Assembly (NCBI GenBank): GCA_050049995.1
Contig: JASFVE010000001.1
Span: forward strand, 1 to 57,538
Direction of reading: 5' to 3'
From: Chlamydiota bacterium
GTDB taxonomy: Bacteria > Chlamydiota > Chlamydiia > Chlamydiales > SM23-39
DNA length: 57,538 bases
Below the pieces are notes generated by a model. The model saw only the letters and a program-made list of their open reading frames with translations. It did no database searches and was not told the origin of the DNA. The first letter of the stretch is position 1, and each line of letters opens with the position of its first letter. A program made the translations under genes and the position numbers. Below are positions 28,263 to 43,538 of this stretch, in pieces.

Positions 28263-29240
28263 ATGAAAAAAGCTATCCTAGCTTGTCTTATTTACACGGC
28301 TCTACACAGTGACATATACATATTTAAGCCTTGCCAGGTTTCTTTAATAGGTGGCTACAGGCAAGACGAGCTTAATTTAAGCTATAGACAAGAGCAGATA
28401 CAAGATCCAAACGCCATTAGAGAGTCCATCGATACTATGCATGTATATCAAGTAGGTGGTCAACTTGAAGTCATGAAAGCTTTTAGAGGTTTTTTTCGAT
28501 CTAAATGTCTTTATGGATATGGCCACAGTTCCCATGCCTATTCGCAAATGAGAGTGACTCCTCTTACCTCGCAAGGAACAATAGCTGCTCTTTTTATGCA
28601 GCTTTTTCCTTATACTGCAGAGGCTCACATTATAGATACAGACGCTATGGTTGGTTATCCAATTAGAGGAGGTCCTCTTACTTTTATCCCCTTTTTAGGG
28701 TATAGCTATGACAGACACAATATTAAACGCGAAAATATTGGTCCTGCAAATTTCACCCAAGGTAATACAACTGCTACGTTTTTCCCTACAAACAACTTTA
28801 AAACGCAAGTATATGCGCCTCTTGTAGGGATAGAGATTCGACTAACCCCGTCAGGAGGGTCAAGAGTAACCTTCATAGGTGAATATGAATTTCACTGGGG
28901 TATTTTTACATCTACCTCTAGCTACAAACTGGAGTTTACCAACGACGATGTCTTAAGTTTAAGTGAGTTTATCAAACAAAATGTCCAAGTAAAAAAAAGA
29001 GCACTTAGCCACCTCTTCTTTTTAAAGGCCTTAATTGGACTTAATACCTACTCTACATTAGGACTTAAACTGAAATACCAGTATACCAGGGCACACGGAG
29101 GAGAATCCAACCAAAGGCTTCTAGGTTATCAAACAATTAATGGAAGTTTTTCAAATATTGACCAGTCAATCCAAAGAAGGTTTAACGGTTTTGTATGGCA
29201 GTATCTTGGTGGAGAAATAGAACTGAGCGTTCAGTTCTAA
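28263..29240 (+). CDS. putative outer-membrane beta-barrel protein
   Basis: The ATG at 28263 is preceded by GGAGG 5 nt upstream, whereas the track GTG at 28233 lacks a Shine-Dalgarno. Signal peptide MKKAILACLIYTALHS. It has alternating amphipathic strands and a C-terminal ...EIELSVQF with terminal Phe. Confidence 0.6.
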   Translation: MKKAILACLIYTALHSDIYIFKPCQVSLIGGYRQDELNLSYRQEQIQDPNAIRESIDTMHVYQVGGQLEVMKAFRGFFRSKCLYGYGHSSHAYSQMRVTPLTSQGTIAALFMQLFPYTAEAHIIDTDAMVGYPIRGGPLTFIPFLGYSYDRHNIKRENIGPANFTQGNTTATFFPTNNFKTQVYAPLVGIEIRLTPSGGSRVTFIGEYEFHWGIFTSTSSYKLEFTNDDVLSLSEFIKQNVQVKKRALSHLFFLKALIGLNTYSTLGLKLKYQYTRAHGGESNQRLLGYQTINGSFSNIDQSIQRRFNGFVWQYLGGEIELSVQF

Positions 29241-29271
29241 AAAAAAGCTCCTGAAAAAATTTCCAGGAGCT
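29239..29271 (-). terminator. terminator hairpin between convergent OMP gene and rpsI
   Basis: AGCTCCTG (29246-29253) / CAGGAGCT (29264-29271). The minus strand continues with T7 (complement of A 29239-29245). Confidence 0.6.
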
Positions 29272-29294
29272 TCTTGATAAACAAGGAGGAAGAA

Positions 29295-29684
29295 TTAACG
29301 TTTTGAGAATTGAAATTTCTTACGTGCTCCAGCAAGACCGTATTTCTTACGCTCTTTCTTACGAGAATCACGTGTTAGCAATCCTAATTCTTTAAAGTTT
29401 TTATGTAAATCTTCATTTTCTTTAACAAGTGCTCGAGAAAGTCCAAGTCTAGTAGCTTCAGCCTGAGCATCTAGTCCGCCACCTTTAGCATTAATAATAA
29501 TGTCAAATTTGTCTTTCATCGAAGCCATTTCCAAAGGTGCCAAAATGGATTTTCTTTGGAATTCAGAAAAGAAATAATCTTTAAAGTCTCTACCGTTTAC
29601 TTTGATGGCTCCTTTTCCTCTTCTTAGTCGAACAGAGGATACTGCAGTTTTTCTTCTACCGGTTCCTAATATATCTTCAGCCAT
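29295..29684 (-). CDS. rpsI: 30S ribosomal protein S9
   Basis: 129 aa: [20 protein letters not shown]...GGG...QA.A...G.SRAL...RKKYG...ARK.FQFSKR. Confidence 0.96.
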   Translation of the reverse strand: MAEDILGTGRRKTAVSSVRLRRGKGAIKVNGRDFKDYFFSEFQRKSILAPLEMASMKDKFDIIINAKGGGLDAQAEATRLGLSRALVKENEDLHKNFKELGLLTRDSRKKERKKYGLAGARKKFQFSKR

Positions 29685-29693
29685 GATTTACCT

Positions 29694-30137
29694 TTAAATA
29701 TTCACTTGAACAGGTTGTTGTGCTTCCATCTTATGATCAGTCCCAGCAAAAACCCTCAATTTTTTAATTTGTTTGTCCCCAAGTTTTGTTTTGGGAAGCA
29801 TTCCTTTTACAGCATGAAAGATAATTCTGTCAGGATTTTTATTTTTCATGTCTTGATAGGAGGTCTCACGCATTCCACCAATATATCCAGTGTAATGACG
29901 ATAAACTATTTGAGCTTCTTTAGCTCCAGTTACCTTAATTTTATCAGCATTGATTACAATAACCCCATCACCACAGTCTACATTAGGGGTGAAGTCAGGC
30001 TTGTGTTTCCCGCGAAGGATTTTTGCAATCTCTGAAGCAAATCTCCCTAGAGTTTTTCCGGAAGCATCAAGTAAAAACCATTTTTTATTTCTTACTTGCT
30101 CTTTTTTTAAGAACAGCGTTTTTTGATTGTGATTCAT
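29694..30137 (-). CDS. rplM: 50S ribosomal protein L13
   Basis: 147 aa: KWFLLDASGKTLGR.AS.IA..LRGKHKP.FTP..D.GD.V.VINA.KI..TG.K. Confidence 0.96.
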   Translation of the reverse strand: MNHNQKTLFLKKEQVRNKKWFLLDASGKTLGRFASEIAKILRGKHKPDFTPNVDCGDGVIVINADKIKVTGAKEAQIVYRHYTGYIGGMRETSYQDMKNKNPDRIIFHAVKGMLPKTKLGDKQIKKLRVFAGTDHKMEAQQPVQVNI

Positions 30138-30279
30138 CGGTTGCCTTTAATCGTTAATGAAACAAAAATCATAATGAATCAAACTGTTTTTTGCCAAGAA
30201 TTTTCCTTCCTTGAAAAACATATATAGTTTTACCTAAAATGGTTTTCATTTATAAATTTTTGAAACTAAAGTTTTTATT

Positions 30280-31593
30280 ATGCGACAATTGAAATCTTTT
30301 TATGTCAGAACCTATGGCTGTCAGATGAATGAGTTAGACACTGAAATAATGGTGGGTCAGCTTAAAAATCGTGGCCTTACCAAAGCCCTATCAGAAGAGG
30401 ATGCCGATCTACTTATTTTTAATACCTGCTCTATCCGCGACCTTGCTGAAAGAAAAGTAATGGGTAAATTAGGTCAGTTAGGACGCAAGAAGAAAGACAC
30501 TATTATTGGTGTTACCGGCTGCATGGCCATGGCTAAAAAAGATTCTTTATTCCGAAAATTTCCTCACCTTGACTTCGTTGTCGGAACAAATAATATTACC
30601 GATTTAAATAATGTTTTGGATGAAGTTCTCTACACTGACAAGCAAATACTTAAAACAGATGATAAGTACGAAGAAAATTTAAATTATTTAGTTGCAGAAA
30701 GAGAAAACAAGCTTAAGGCGTATGTTTCTATTATTAGAGGTTGCGACAAGTTTTGCACCTACTGTGTTGTTCCCTATACCAGAGGACAGGAAGTCTCTAG
30801 ATCTCCTGAAAGCATTGTAGAAGAGTGTAAAAAATTAGTTGACAAAGGGTACCGAGAAATTACTTTACTAGGGCAAAACGTCAATAGTTATGGCAAAGAT
30901 AAGCCTGAATGGAACTGCCTTTTTCATGATCTTTTATATAAGCTCGATAAGATTGAAGGATTATATCGCGTTCGATTCATGACAAGCCATCCTATCGATA
31001 TAACAGAAGACCTAATGAAAGCCATAAGAGACCTTCCCTCTTTATGTGACCTTATTCACTTCCCTATCCAATCGGGCTCTTCTAGAATCCTACGAAAAAT
31101 GCACCGTATCTACACCAAAGAACAGTACCTGGAAAAAGTAGCTAAAATTAAAGAGATTATCCCTAATGCTTCTTTAGGAACTGACATTATTGTTGGTTTC
31201 CCTACAGAAACAGAAGAGGAATTTATGGAAACCTATGAGGTTTTCGAGCAAATTCGCTACTCAGTAGCTTTTCTTTATACTTATAGCCCTAGAAAAGGAA
31301 CTCCAGCTATGCGCTGGAAAGACAATATTCCGCAAGAGGTCAAGGATGACCGTCTACAAAGGCTTATGGACCTTTATAACAAAATAGGCTCTGAAGAAAG
31401 ACAAAGTATGCTAGGAACTACTGTCGAGGTATTAGTTGACAAAGTCAACAAGGATGGTAAATCCTTAAGAGGTAGAACCTCTTGCTGGAAAAAGGTCATT
31501 TTTGAGGGATCCCCAAATCTTATTGGAACCTTACAAAAAGTAAAAATACATAGTTTTAGCCATCAAACCCTTATTGGTGATTTGGTTAAATAA
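30280..31593 (+). CDS. miaB: tRNA-i6A37 methylthiotransferase MiaB (radical SAM)
   Basis: 437 aa with N-terminal YGCQMN, radical-SAM CDKFCTYCVVPY, and a C-terminal TRAM domain. Confidence 0.9.
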   Translation: MRQLKSFYVRTYGCQMNELDTEIMVGQLKNRGLTKALSEEDADLLIFNTCSIRDLAERKVMGKLGQLGRKKKDTIIGVTGCMAMAKKDSLFRKFPHLDFVVGTNNITDLNNVLDEVLYTDKQILKTDDKYEENLNYLVAERENKLKAYVSIIRGCDKFCTYCVVPYTRGQEVSRSPESIVEECKKLVDKGYREITLLGQNVNSYGKDKPEWNCLFHDLLYKLDKIEGLYRVRFMTSHPIDITEDLMKAIRDLPSLCDLIHFPIQSGSSRILRKMHRIYTKEQYLEKVAKIKEIIPNASLGTDIIVGFPTETEEEFMETYEVFEQIRYSVAFLYTYSPRKGTPAMRWKDNIPQEVKDDRLQRLMDLYNKIGSEERQSMLGTTVEVLVDKVNKDGKSLRGRTSCWKKVIFEGSPNLIGTLQKVKIHSFSHQTLIGDLVK

Positions 31594-31720
31594 TTAAGTA
31601 TTAAAAGATTAATTTTTTAATAATATTCTTAATTAAAGATTAATCAAATAATTATTTTAATTTAACATTGCCCCCCTAGAATACTTATTATAGTTTTTAA
31701 TTATTTAGGGAGGAAAAACT

Positions 31721-36164
<4,444 letters not shown>

Positions 36165-36168
<4 letters not shown>

Positions 36169-37232
36169 TTTTGAAAACGGTCTAAAATATATGTGTTTCC
36201 CGACCTTATGTTAAGCGCTTCTTTAGAATTAATAATTATCCCTTTGTCACTTAATTTTTGCTTAAGCCGGTACTCTCCGATCTCTTTTTGAAAATGTAAA
36301 TGAATCGTCTTATTCGAACAAGCATGTAATATAAATTTTTTAATTTTACCTTTTGACCACTCAAAATCAATAACGCCAATATCTTCAGAATAGATTTTGA
36401 TAAACCTTCCACAAATCATCTTAGACGGAAGGTTGGGTAGAATGAACAAGTGGTCTTCTTTTTGCTGAAAAAAAAGAGACCTGATCAGCTCAGCCCCTTT
36501 TTGCATGATTTCAAAAGCAGATATAGGAGCTAGTGGCTTATCAAACACCTTTAGATGGTTTTTATCCTCGATGGTAGGACACATCATTCCTTCAAAGCTT
36601 AGCTGAAATAAAAGAGAAAAAGCATCATACAATTCATGAGTGCGCCCTTCATGAATGAGCCTTTTACATTGATCAAGCACAGGATGAGAAAAAGGGTGCT
36701 GTTTATTAGAAGTAGAACTAGCAGCTTTCATCCATATTGGAAAAATTTCCCTTAAATCTTTCCTTCTCATCATTAAATCCCAGTCCTGCTTCTTAGAAGC
36801 CCCTAAGGAAAGTCTTTCAAATTCTGAAGAAAAGCTTCCCATTTTTTCCTCACTAGAAGTGAGTAAAATGCGATCTTTGGGATAGATTTTTTGTTCATTT
36901 TTCTTAGTTATTATAGACACTCCTTCAGGAGTTCCTTTCACAAAAATTAACTCAATTCCTTCAGAAAACCCCATGATATCAAACCGAAAGTATCCTTTTT
37001 GACTTTGAAAAAAAATAGTTACTTTTCCTTTTTCAAGATCTTGCAGACAGGTAAATTCCTGATAAGGCCCAGATATTTCTACGTCGACTGTAAACTCTTT
37101 AAATGTTTCTATATTTTTAAAAACCCAGTAAGTTGGAAAAGCTTTTACTTTCCACTGCGTTCCTGGGATTAGGCAATTAATTCCATAAGTATGAGAAAAG
37201 GGTTTTAATCTTTCAGCAATAGAAATATTCAT
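36165..37232 (-). CDS. hypothetical protein, translationally coupled between mtaB and glgB
   Basis: 355-aa ORF with 4-nt ATGA-type overlaps at both ends. No motif recognised. Confidence 0.6.
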
Positions 37233-38491
37233 AACACCTTTCCTAGTAAAGCATCACTTGCATTTTCGAGCAGCTTCACACGTACAATTTGATTTTGACT
37301 TAAGCCCTTTTTAGGAATGCGCACACGTAAAAAGTTACTAGTATAGCCGCTGATATAATCATCATGCATGTCATCATCTGCTTCCAGTAGAACATCAAAC
37401 TCTCTTCCAATAAATTGTTCTCTTAAAGAAAAAGCAGCTCTTTCTGCTTCTCTAAGCATCTCTTGCTTTCTTTTCTGAATAACCTCCAACGGCACAGGAT
37501 CTTTATATAAAGCAGACCTAGTCCTTGGCCTTGCGCTATAGGGAAACATATGCACTTTTGAAAACTTTACTTTTTTAACCACATCAAGAGAATCTTGAAA
37601 GTCAGATTCAGTCTCCCCTGGAAACCCAACTATGATATCAGTTGTTACTGTAAAATCAGGATTAGCTTGAGTCATTTTTTCGACTGTGTCAAAAAACATC
37701 TGCTTAGTATATTTGCGATTCATTCTTTTTAAAATAACATTAGAACCTGACTGAAGAACGATATGCATGCTGGGACATGTTTTTTCGCAGTTCAAAATAG
37801 CATCAGCTAAATCATCATCCACCTCGTCTGGATCAATAGAAGATACGCGAATCCTTTTAACACCGTCTATTTTATCAACAAGACGAATTAAGTCTGACAG
37901 CCTCTTTTTAGGAACGGCAGCCCCATCATAGTCCCCGATGTTGATACCTGTTAAGACAATTTCCTGATATCCATTTTTTACCAGCTCGTGTATCTCCTTG
38001 ATGATCTCCTCTTCTTTTTTAGACCTTGACCTACCTCTTACATAGGGAATTACGCAGTAGGTGCAAAAAGAGTTACATCCATCTTGTACTTTGACAAAAG
38101 CTCGAGTTCGAACATCAAATTCTTTTATTTGAAATTCAGGAAGATCTTCTACGTCAGGAAAAATATGGGAGAGTAAATTTTCTTTTTCTAAATTGGAAAC
38201 AATTTTGATATTAGGGTCCATTGCTTCTAAAGCTTTTCGCTCATTTTCTACCATACAGCCAGTGACAAAAACTTTGGCCCCAGGGTTTTCTTTTAAAAGT
38301 GATCTGATTTTATAACGGGAGGATTTGTCTGCGCTTTCAGTAACAGTGCAGGTATTTACAATGCAAACGTCTGCCTTTTCATCACTCTTACCTTCTACAA
38401 AACCAAGCTGCTTTAATTGGTCATGATATGCTTGAGATTCATACTGGTTAGTTCTGCACCCTAAAGTCTGTATTTTAAATTTTTTTTTCAT
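37229..38491 (-). CDS. mtaB: MiaB-like radical SAM methylthiotransferase (MtaB-type)
   Basis: LGCRTNQYES and CNSFCTYCVIPY. The ATG at 38491 (MKKKFKIQTLGC) has an AAGGTG Shine-Dalgarno 5 nt upstream, and the track's TTG at 38557 adds 22 unlikely residues. Confidence 0.85.
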   Translation of the reverse strand: MKKKFKIQTLGCRTNQYESQAYHDQLKQLGFVEGKSDEKADVCIVNTCTVTESADKSSRYKIRSLLKENPGAKVFVTGCMVENERKALEAMDPNIKIVSNLEKENLLSHIFPDVEDLPEFQIKEFDVRTRAFVKVQDGCNSFCTYCVIPYVRGRSRSKKEEEIIKEIHELVKNGYQEIVLTGINIGDYDGAAVPKKRLSDLIRLVDKIDGVKRIRVSSIDPDEVDDDLADAILNCEKTCPSMHIVLQSGSNVILKRMNRKYTKQMFFDTVEKMTQANPDFTVTTDIIVGFPGETESDFQDSLDVVKKVKFSKVHMFPYSARPRTRSALYKDPVPLEVIQKRKQEMLREAERAAFSLREQFIGREFDVLLEADDDMHDDYISGYTSNFLRVRIPKKGLSQNQIVRVKLLENASDALLGKVL

Positions 38492-38610
38492 AGTCACCTT
38501 GAAATAGCCATTAATTATGCCATGAAACCAGATCGCTTTCAAGATGCTCATTTTCAAAAAATAGACTTTAGGAATAGAATAGTTGTGAAAATTATTTTTT
38601 GTGTTATCTT

Positions 38611-39240
38611 ATGTTATTCCTCGCTCAAAGTATTCCTGATAAAGAAAATTTAACTTTTCTAGGCATCGCTCTATCTTTATTTTTAGTTTTAAATGCTGTG
38701 GGTCAAATTCCTTTATTTATATCAATCCTTGCGCCTTACGACTACAAAAGACAACGAAAAATTATAATTAGAGAGCTTTTTATAGCTTTGGGGATTCTTT
38801 TGCTGTTTGACTTTTTTGGTAATGAAATTCTTTCTTTACTAGGGATTTCTAAGTCTATTATCGGCATTGCCGGCGGGATTCTACTATTTCTAATCTCCTT
38901 AGAAATGGTATTCCCTAAGGAGAAGTCGGCAAAAGGCCTGCCTGAACACGAGCCTATGGTCATTCCCTTAGCAATACCTGTGATTACCGGACCTGGTGCC
39001 ATCACGATGGTGATGCTCTATTCCCATAAGATACAAAATGACTTTTTTGTGGCAGCTTCGATTATCGTCGCGTGGATTCCCTCAGTAATTATTTTACTTT
39101 TATCTTCTTATATAAGACGACTTTTGGGGAATAAAGGTCTTATGGCAGTCGAAAGGCTTGGAGGAATGATTGTCTGCCTGATTGGGATACAAATGTTTGC
39201 CTCTGGCGTTATCAGCTTAGTAAAAGAAAACTTTTTTTAA
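38611..39240 (+). CDS. MarC family (UPF0056) integral membrane protein
   Basis: About 209 aa, 6 TM. NAVGQIPLFISIL and PLAIPVITGPGAI are typical of the MarC family. I prefer the ATG at 38611 to the TTG at 38599. Confidence 0.8.
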   Translation: MLFLAQSIPDKENLTFLGIALSLFLVLNAVGQIPLFISILAPYDYKRQRKIIIRELFIALGILLLFDFFGNEILSLLGISKSIIGIAGGILLFLISLEMVFPKEKSAKGLPEHEPMVIPLAIPVITGPGAITMVMLYSHKIQNDFFVAASIIVAWIPSVIILLLSSYIRRLLGNKGLMAVERLGGMIVCLIGIQMFASGVISLVKENFF

Positions 39241-40550
39241 CTTTGTTTCTCAAACATTTCTACTTTATGCTCCAAGTGAGATGGTATCTCAGCATCAATA
39301 ACAATATAATTGCCAATATAATCAGAAGAAAGAATCCTTGCCTCTTTCATCAGAAGACTTACTAAAGCATAGTGACTTTGAGGGATTTTTAAATGAACTG
39401 TCTTTCGAAGGCGAGAAATCATTTCAGCAATTTTATGATAAAGTTCATCGATCCCCTTATGAGTTTTGGCTGAAATCTCGACAGTGTGGGGATAAGCCAC
39501 TCTTAGTTTCATTAAAGTTTCAGGATTTAACTTTTTATCAGTCTTATTAAAAACAGTAATAACAGGTCTATCTGCTGCGCCTAACTCTTTTAAGATTGCC
39601 TTAGTTTCTTTAGCCTGATCTAGAGCGTGAGGACTGCTTGCATCAATTACATGCAATAATATATCCGTCTGAATAGCTTCTTCCAAAGTACTTTTAAAAG
39701 CAGCAACTAAAGTTGTTGGTATTTTTCGAATAAAGCCCACCGTATCAATAAAAAGGACTTTTTGCCCTCCTGGTAAGTTAATCTGCCTTGTTGTGGTATC
39801 TAACGTAGCAAAAAGTTTGTCTTCTATAAATACGTCTTCTTTAGTCATTGCTTGGAATAGGGTAGATTTACCAGCATTGGTATATCCTACAATGGCGAGA
39901 GTAGGAATACCTTTTTTTACCCTAGCCTTCCTTTGGACTGTTCTATGTTTTTTTACTTCATTTAATTCATTTTGGAGTTTGGTTATTCTCTCCCTTAAAA
40001 GGCGTCTATCTACTTCTATTTGCCTTTCTCCCATCCCTTTAAGATAACCGCCTCCCTTTCCACTGACTCTCTGTCTTTCCAGGTGAGTCCATAATCTTTT
40101 TAATCTAGGAAGCTGATACTTGAACTGCGCCAGTTTAACTTGTAGTTTAGCTTCTTTTGTCTGAGCCCTTTGTGCAAAGACTCCTAAAATAAGTTCAGTT
40201 CTATCAATGACGATTCTTTCAAAAATCTTCTCTAAGTTTCTTTGCTGCTGAGGCGATATTTCATCATCAAAAATAACTATGTTGATCCCTTTTTCCTGGC
40301 AAATTTCTGCTATTTCTTCAATTTTTCCTTTTCCCAAAAAAGTAGAAGCTTCAATTTTTCGCAATGGAGCAATCACACTGATGATCGGATCTAAACCATA
40401 AGTATCGCAAAGACTTTTTAACTCATGAATATGCTCTGTCGTAGTTTCCTTTTCTTTTTTGGAAGTATAAGTTCCTACCAGTAGTGTTTGCGTATCTTTT
40501 ACTTCGGAAAGTCTTCCTTCCCCTAATTTTTTACGTGTATCTTCTTCCAT
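39237..40550 (-). CDS. hflX: GTPase HflX
   Basis: 437 aa with an HflX N-domain, G1 GYTNAGKST, G3 DTVGF and G4 NKTD. Confidence 0.92.
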   Translation of the reverse strand: MEEDTRKKLGEGRLSEVKDTQTLLVGTYTSKKEKETTTEHIHELKSLCDTYGLDPIISVIAPLRKIEASTFLGKGKIEEIAEICQEKGINIVIFDDEISPQQQRNLEKIFERIVIDRTELILGVFAQRAQTKEAKLQVKLAQFKYQLPRLKRLWTHLERQRVSGKGGGYLKGMGERQIEVDRRLLRERITKLQNELNEVKKHRTVQRKARVKKGIPTLAIVGYTNAGKSTLFQAMTKEDVFIEDKLFATLDTTTRQINLPGGQKVLFIDTVGFIRKIPTTLVAAFKSTLEEAIQTDILLHVIDASSPHALDQAKETKAILKELGAADRPVITVFNKTDKKLNPETLMKLRVAYPHTVEISAKTHKGIDELYHKIAEMISRLRKTVHLKIPQSHYALVSLLMKEARILSSDYIGNYIVIDAEIPSHLEHKVEMFEKQS

Positions 40551-41339
40551 TTAACACTCATAATTAAATTCGAAGGACAATCCATCATGAGCAAGTTGAA
40601 TATGAGAAGGTAGACTTTGATTTGTCTTCTCATGATCTAGCTCATGGGCAATATGGGTAATCCAAGTTTTCTTAGCTCCTACTTTTTCACTAAAGACTAC
40701 TGCTTCCTGTAAGCCAATATGTACAGGGGAAGGCTCGCGCTTAAGTGCACTTATAGCAAGAATTTCTGTCCCTTTTAAATAATCAAAGATGGACTCAGAA
40801 TAACTTTTGATATCGCTTATATAGGCAAAAGATCCTATTTTGTAACCGGTAACTTTCATAGTGCCTTGCATATAACTTACATAAGAAAGTGGTAAATTTA
40901 AAAAATTATAAGACCCAAAATCATTGGGCAAAAGGATAAAATCCAACTCAGCACTTCTTGACCCGTTGTTTTTCTTTTCCATAAAAAGATAGTGATATCT
41001 TAATTTCAAATCCTCTAAAGACTCTTTTGACAAAAGACAGGGAATTTTTTGTTTTTGTAAGATATTAAATACTCTTATTTCATCAAGTCCTGCTATATGA
41101 TCAAAATGGGTGTGAGTAAGCAAAACTCCATCAACTCGATCAAAATCTTCCCTTAAAATCTGATCTCGAAGGTCAGGCCCCATATCGATCAATAAATTTT
41201 TATCGTTAATACGCAGTAACCCTGAAGGCCTAAACCGTTTGTTATGGGGATCTTTGGAAAGACACACTTCACACTTGCAGCCAATCATAGGAACTCCCAT
41301 TGATGCACCTGTTCCTAAAAATGTAAATTTAGCTTTCAT
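40551..41339 (-). CDS. MBL-fold metallo-hydrolase (PhnP/PqqB-like)
   Basis: 262 aa with N-terminal Cys cluster GCKCEVC and HxHxDH (THTHFDH). Confidence 0.8.
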   Translation of the reverse strand: MKAKFTFLGTGASMGVPMIGCKCEVCLSKDPHNKRFRPSGLLRINDKNLLIDMGPDLRDQILREDFDRVDGVLLTHTHFDHIAGLDEIRVFNILQKQKIPCLLSKESLEDLKLRYHYLFMEKKNNGSRSAELDFILLPNDFGSYNFLNLPLSYVSYMQGTMKVTGYKIGSFAYISDIKSYSESIFDYLKGTEILAISALKREPSPVHIGLQEAVVFSEKVGAKKTWITHIAHELDHEKTNQSLPSHIQLAHDGLSFEFNYEC

Positions 41340-42325
41340 GACAAAATGACCTTTTCTTGCAAAATTTGAGGTATTTTCTTTTCATCATCCTTTATGATCG
41401 CCTCGGCTAGCTGCTTACCTAAAAAAGCATGATATAAAAGGCCTCTCGATCCCATACCCGTGATTGCCCAATGCTTAGCATTTATCCGACCTACAAAGGG
41501 AATATAGTGTCCCTTTCTTTTTAATCGTATGCCAGCTCTTTTTTCTAATACAGTAAACTCTGAAGCTAAAGGAAAAAAAGCTGCTACTTGAGCTCGTAAA
41601 TTATCTGAATTGCTATTTGGCCTATCATCTGTAAAGTTGCGTTCATAAGTAGACCCTATGTAACAGACTTCATCGAAAGGACTGATATGCCCCTTAGCTG
41701 CAATAGACATGGTTAATTTTGGCACGTTATCTGGCCACTTGCAAACTAACATTTGCCCTTTTGTTGCAGAAAAAGGAATATCAATAAATTTTTCTATTAA
41801 AGAAGTGTTATGTCCCGTAGCTATAACAACCGTATCATAAGAAGAAAGATCGTCTAAAGACACTTCTTTTTGAAAGTATCTAAAGCCCTTTTTTTTACAC
41901 GCAGCAAATAGAGCATCTAAGTAGTTTTGAGGATGGACAGTAATAGCAGTCGAGATAAAAAGTCCTTCTGCCCCATATAAATTTTTTATACTTAGTTCAG
42001 GGTGATTTTGAGCAAGTGTAATAAAATATTTTTTTTGCTCTTCATTTAAAGGCTTTTTAAAAAGACCTGTCATTTCAGCTAGAGTTGTAGATGCATTTTT
42101 CTGGGCTACTTGCAGTAGGTTCTTCACCTCCTGTAAAGACTCATCTGCAAAAAGGGTCTTTCTCGTATGTTTAGCAGGAAATGGATTAATTAAACCTGTG
42201 GAATGCCCTGAAGCTCCTTTGCCAATAGCTAATGGATCAAATAAATCCACTTTTGCCCGATGTTGAAGCAAATACCAAGAAGTGGCAAGGCCACTTAAAC
42301 CTGCACCTATAACTGCGATATTCAT
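41336..42325 (-). CDS. FAD-dependent oxidoreductase (DAO family)
   Basis: 329 aa with an N-terminal Rossmann IAVIGAGLSGLA. It has a 4-nt overlap with the downstream MBL gene. Confidence 0.75.
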   Translation of the reverse strand: MNIAVIGAGLSGLATSWYLLQHRAKVDLFDPLAIGKGASGHSTGLINPFPAKHTRKTLFADESLQEVKNLLQVAQKNASTTLAEMTGLFKKPLNEEQKKYFITLAQNHPELSIKNLYGAEGLFISTAITVHPQNYLDALFAACKKKGFRYFQKEVSLDDLSSYDTVVIATGHNTSLIEKFIDIPFSATKGQMLVCKWPDNVPKLTMSIAAKGHISPFDEVCYIGSTYERNFTDDRPNSNSDNLRAQVAAFFPLASEFTVLEKRAGIRLKRKGHYIPFVGRINAKHWAITGMGSRGLLYHAFLGKQLAEAIIKDDEKKIPQILQEKVILS

Positions 42326-42375
42326 GGCATAAATGATATCGCACGATAAGATTTAATAAATATTGAAAAAAAACT

Positions 42376-43536
42376 TTATTGCTGAGGTTTAAAAATATAT
42401 CTTGGACGAATAATAGGAGTCCCTTTTCCTTCTCTCGCCTCTAATCTTTCATACACAATCTGAATAGCAATTCCAACACATCTGGCAAGCCCAAATAAAA
42501 TGGTGAAATATTCAGGATAGGTAAACCCTGCAGCAGATAAAACTGAACCAGAAATAGCATCGACATTGGGATATGGATCATGAATCTTAGGGTTTTCCTG
42601 TAAAATTTTTGTTCCTACTTTTCTTAAAATAAGGGCTATTTTCACAAGAGAGTGAGAAGAAAAATGTTTTTGAGCAAAGTCATAAAATATAGTAGCCCTT
42701 GGATCCTCTACCCTTAATACAGCGTGACCAAATCCAAATATCAAGTCATGATGCTCTAGCCTACTTTTAAGAAATTTTTCTATTTCAGACTCACTTGGAT
42801 TATCTCCAAGCTCTCCTTGAATCTTTTTTACAAATTCCAAGCAATCTTGATTGGCTTTCCCATGCCTTGCCCCAGCTAAGCCATTCATCGCAGCTGATAA
42901 AGCTCCATACATATGCTGCAATCCCGAGGCTACCGCTTTCCCAACAAAAACAGACAGATTGCCTCCCCCATGATCATAATGTAAAATATTAAACCTGCGG
43001 AGCACCTCGCACAAAAGATCTTTACGCCCCATCGATAAATTGAGCATGTGGGTAAAGTTTTCCATATACCCCATTTCGGGTCGATTTTCTTTTACAAGAC
43101 CTACATTAGCATGATAATTAATAACAGTTGCTGCAACGAAGGGAAGTTTAGCAATAATATTTAAACAGTCTTCACGATAGTCTCCCACTTTTTCTACCAT
43201 ACCTAAGACTTGCAAGGCAGAAGCAAACAGCGACATGGGATGTCCTTTTCTAGGAAGCTTAGTAACATGATCGACAAACTCGTCGGAACATTTTGATCGA
43301 GAAATAAGCTCTTCTTTAAATGAGTCTACCTCCTTCTTTTCACCTAACTTTTTATGAAAGAGCAAATATACCACCTCAATAGGGTCAAAGTCGCTCATTT
43401 CAGAAACCGGGTTATCTACATAAAAAAGACCTTTTTTTTCATCTACAGAAGATGTTGTGCAATATCCGACTGGATATCCCCTCATGCCCGTTTCTAGATG
43501 CTCTTTCGTAATCTCAAATAATACATCCTTTTCCAT
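42376..43536 (-). CDS. gltA: citrate synthase
   Basis: 386 aa with GFGHAVLR (signature G-F-GH-x-V) and DHGGGNLS, and typical citrate/2-methylcitrate synthase length. Confidence 0.85.
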   Translation of the reverse strand: MEKDVLFEITKEHLETGMRGYPVGYCTTSSVDEKKGLFYVDNPVSEMSDFDPIEVVYLLFHKKLGEKKEVDSFKEELISRSKCSDEFVDHVTKLPRKGHPMSLFASALQVLGMVEKVGDYREDCLNIIAKLPFVAATVINYHANVGLVKENRPEMGYMENFTHMLNLSMGRKDLLCEVLRRFNILHYDHGGGNLSVFVGKAVASGLQHMYGALSAAMNGLAGARHGKANQDCLEFVKKIQGELGDNPSESEIEKFLKSRLEHHDLIFGFGHAVLRVEDPRATIFYDFAQKHFSSHSLVKIALILRKVGTKILQENPKIHDPYPNVDAISGSVLSAAGFTYPEYFTILFGLARCVGIAIQIVYERLEAREGKGTPIIRPRYIFKPQQ

Positions 43537-43538
43537 AT

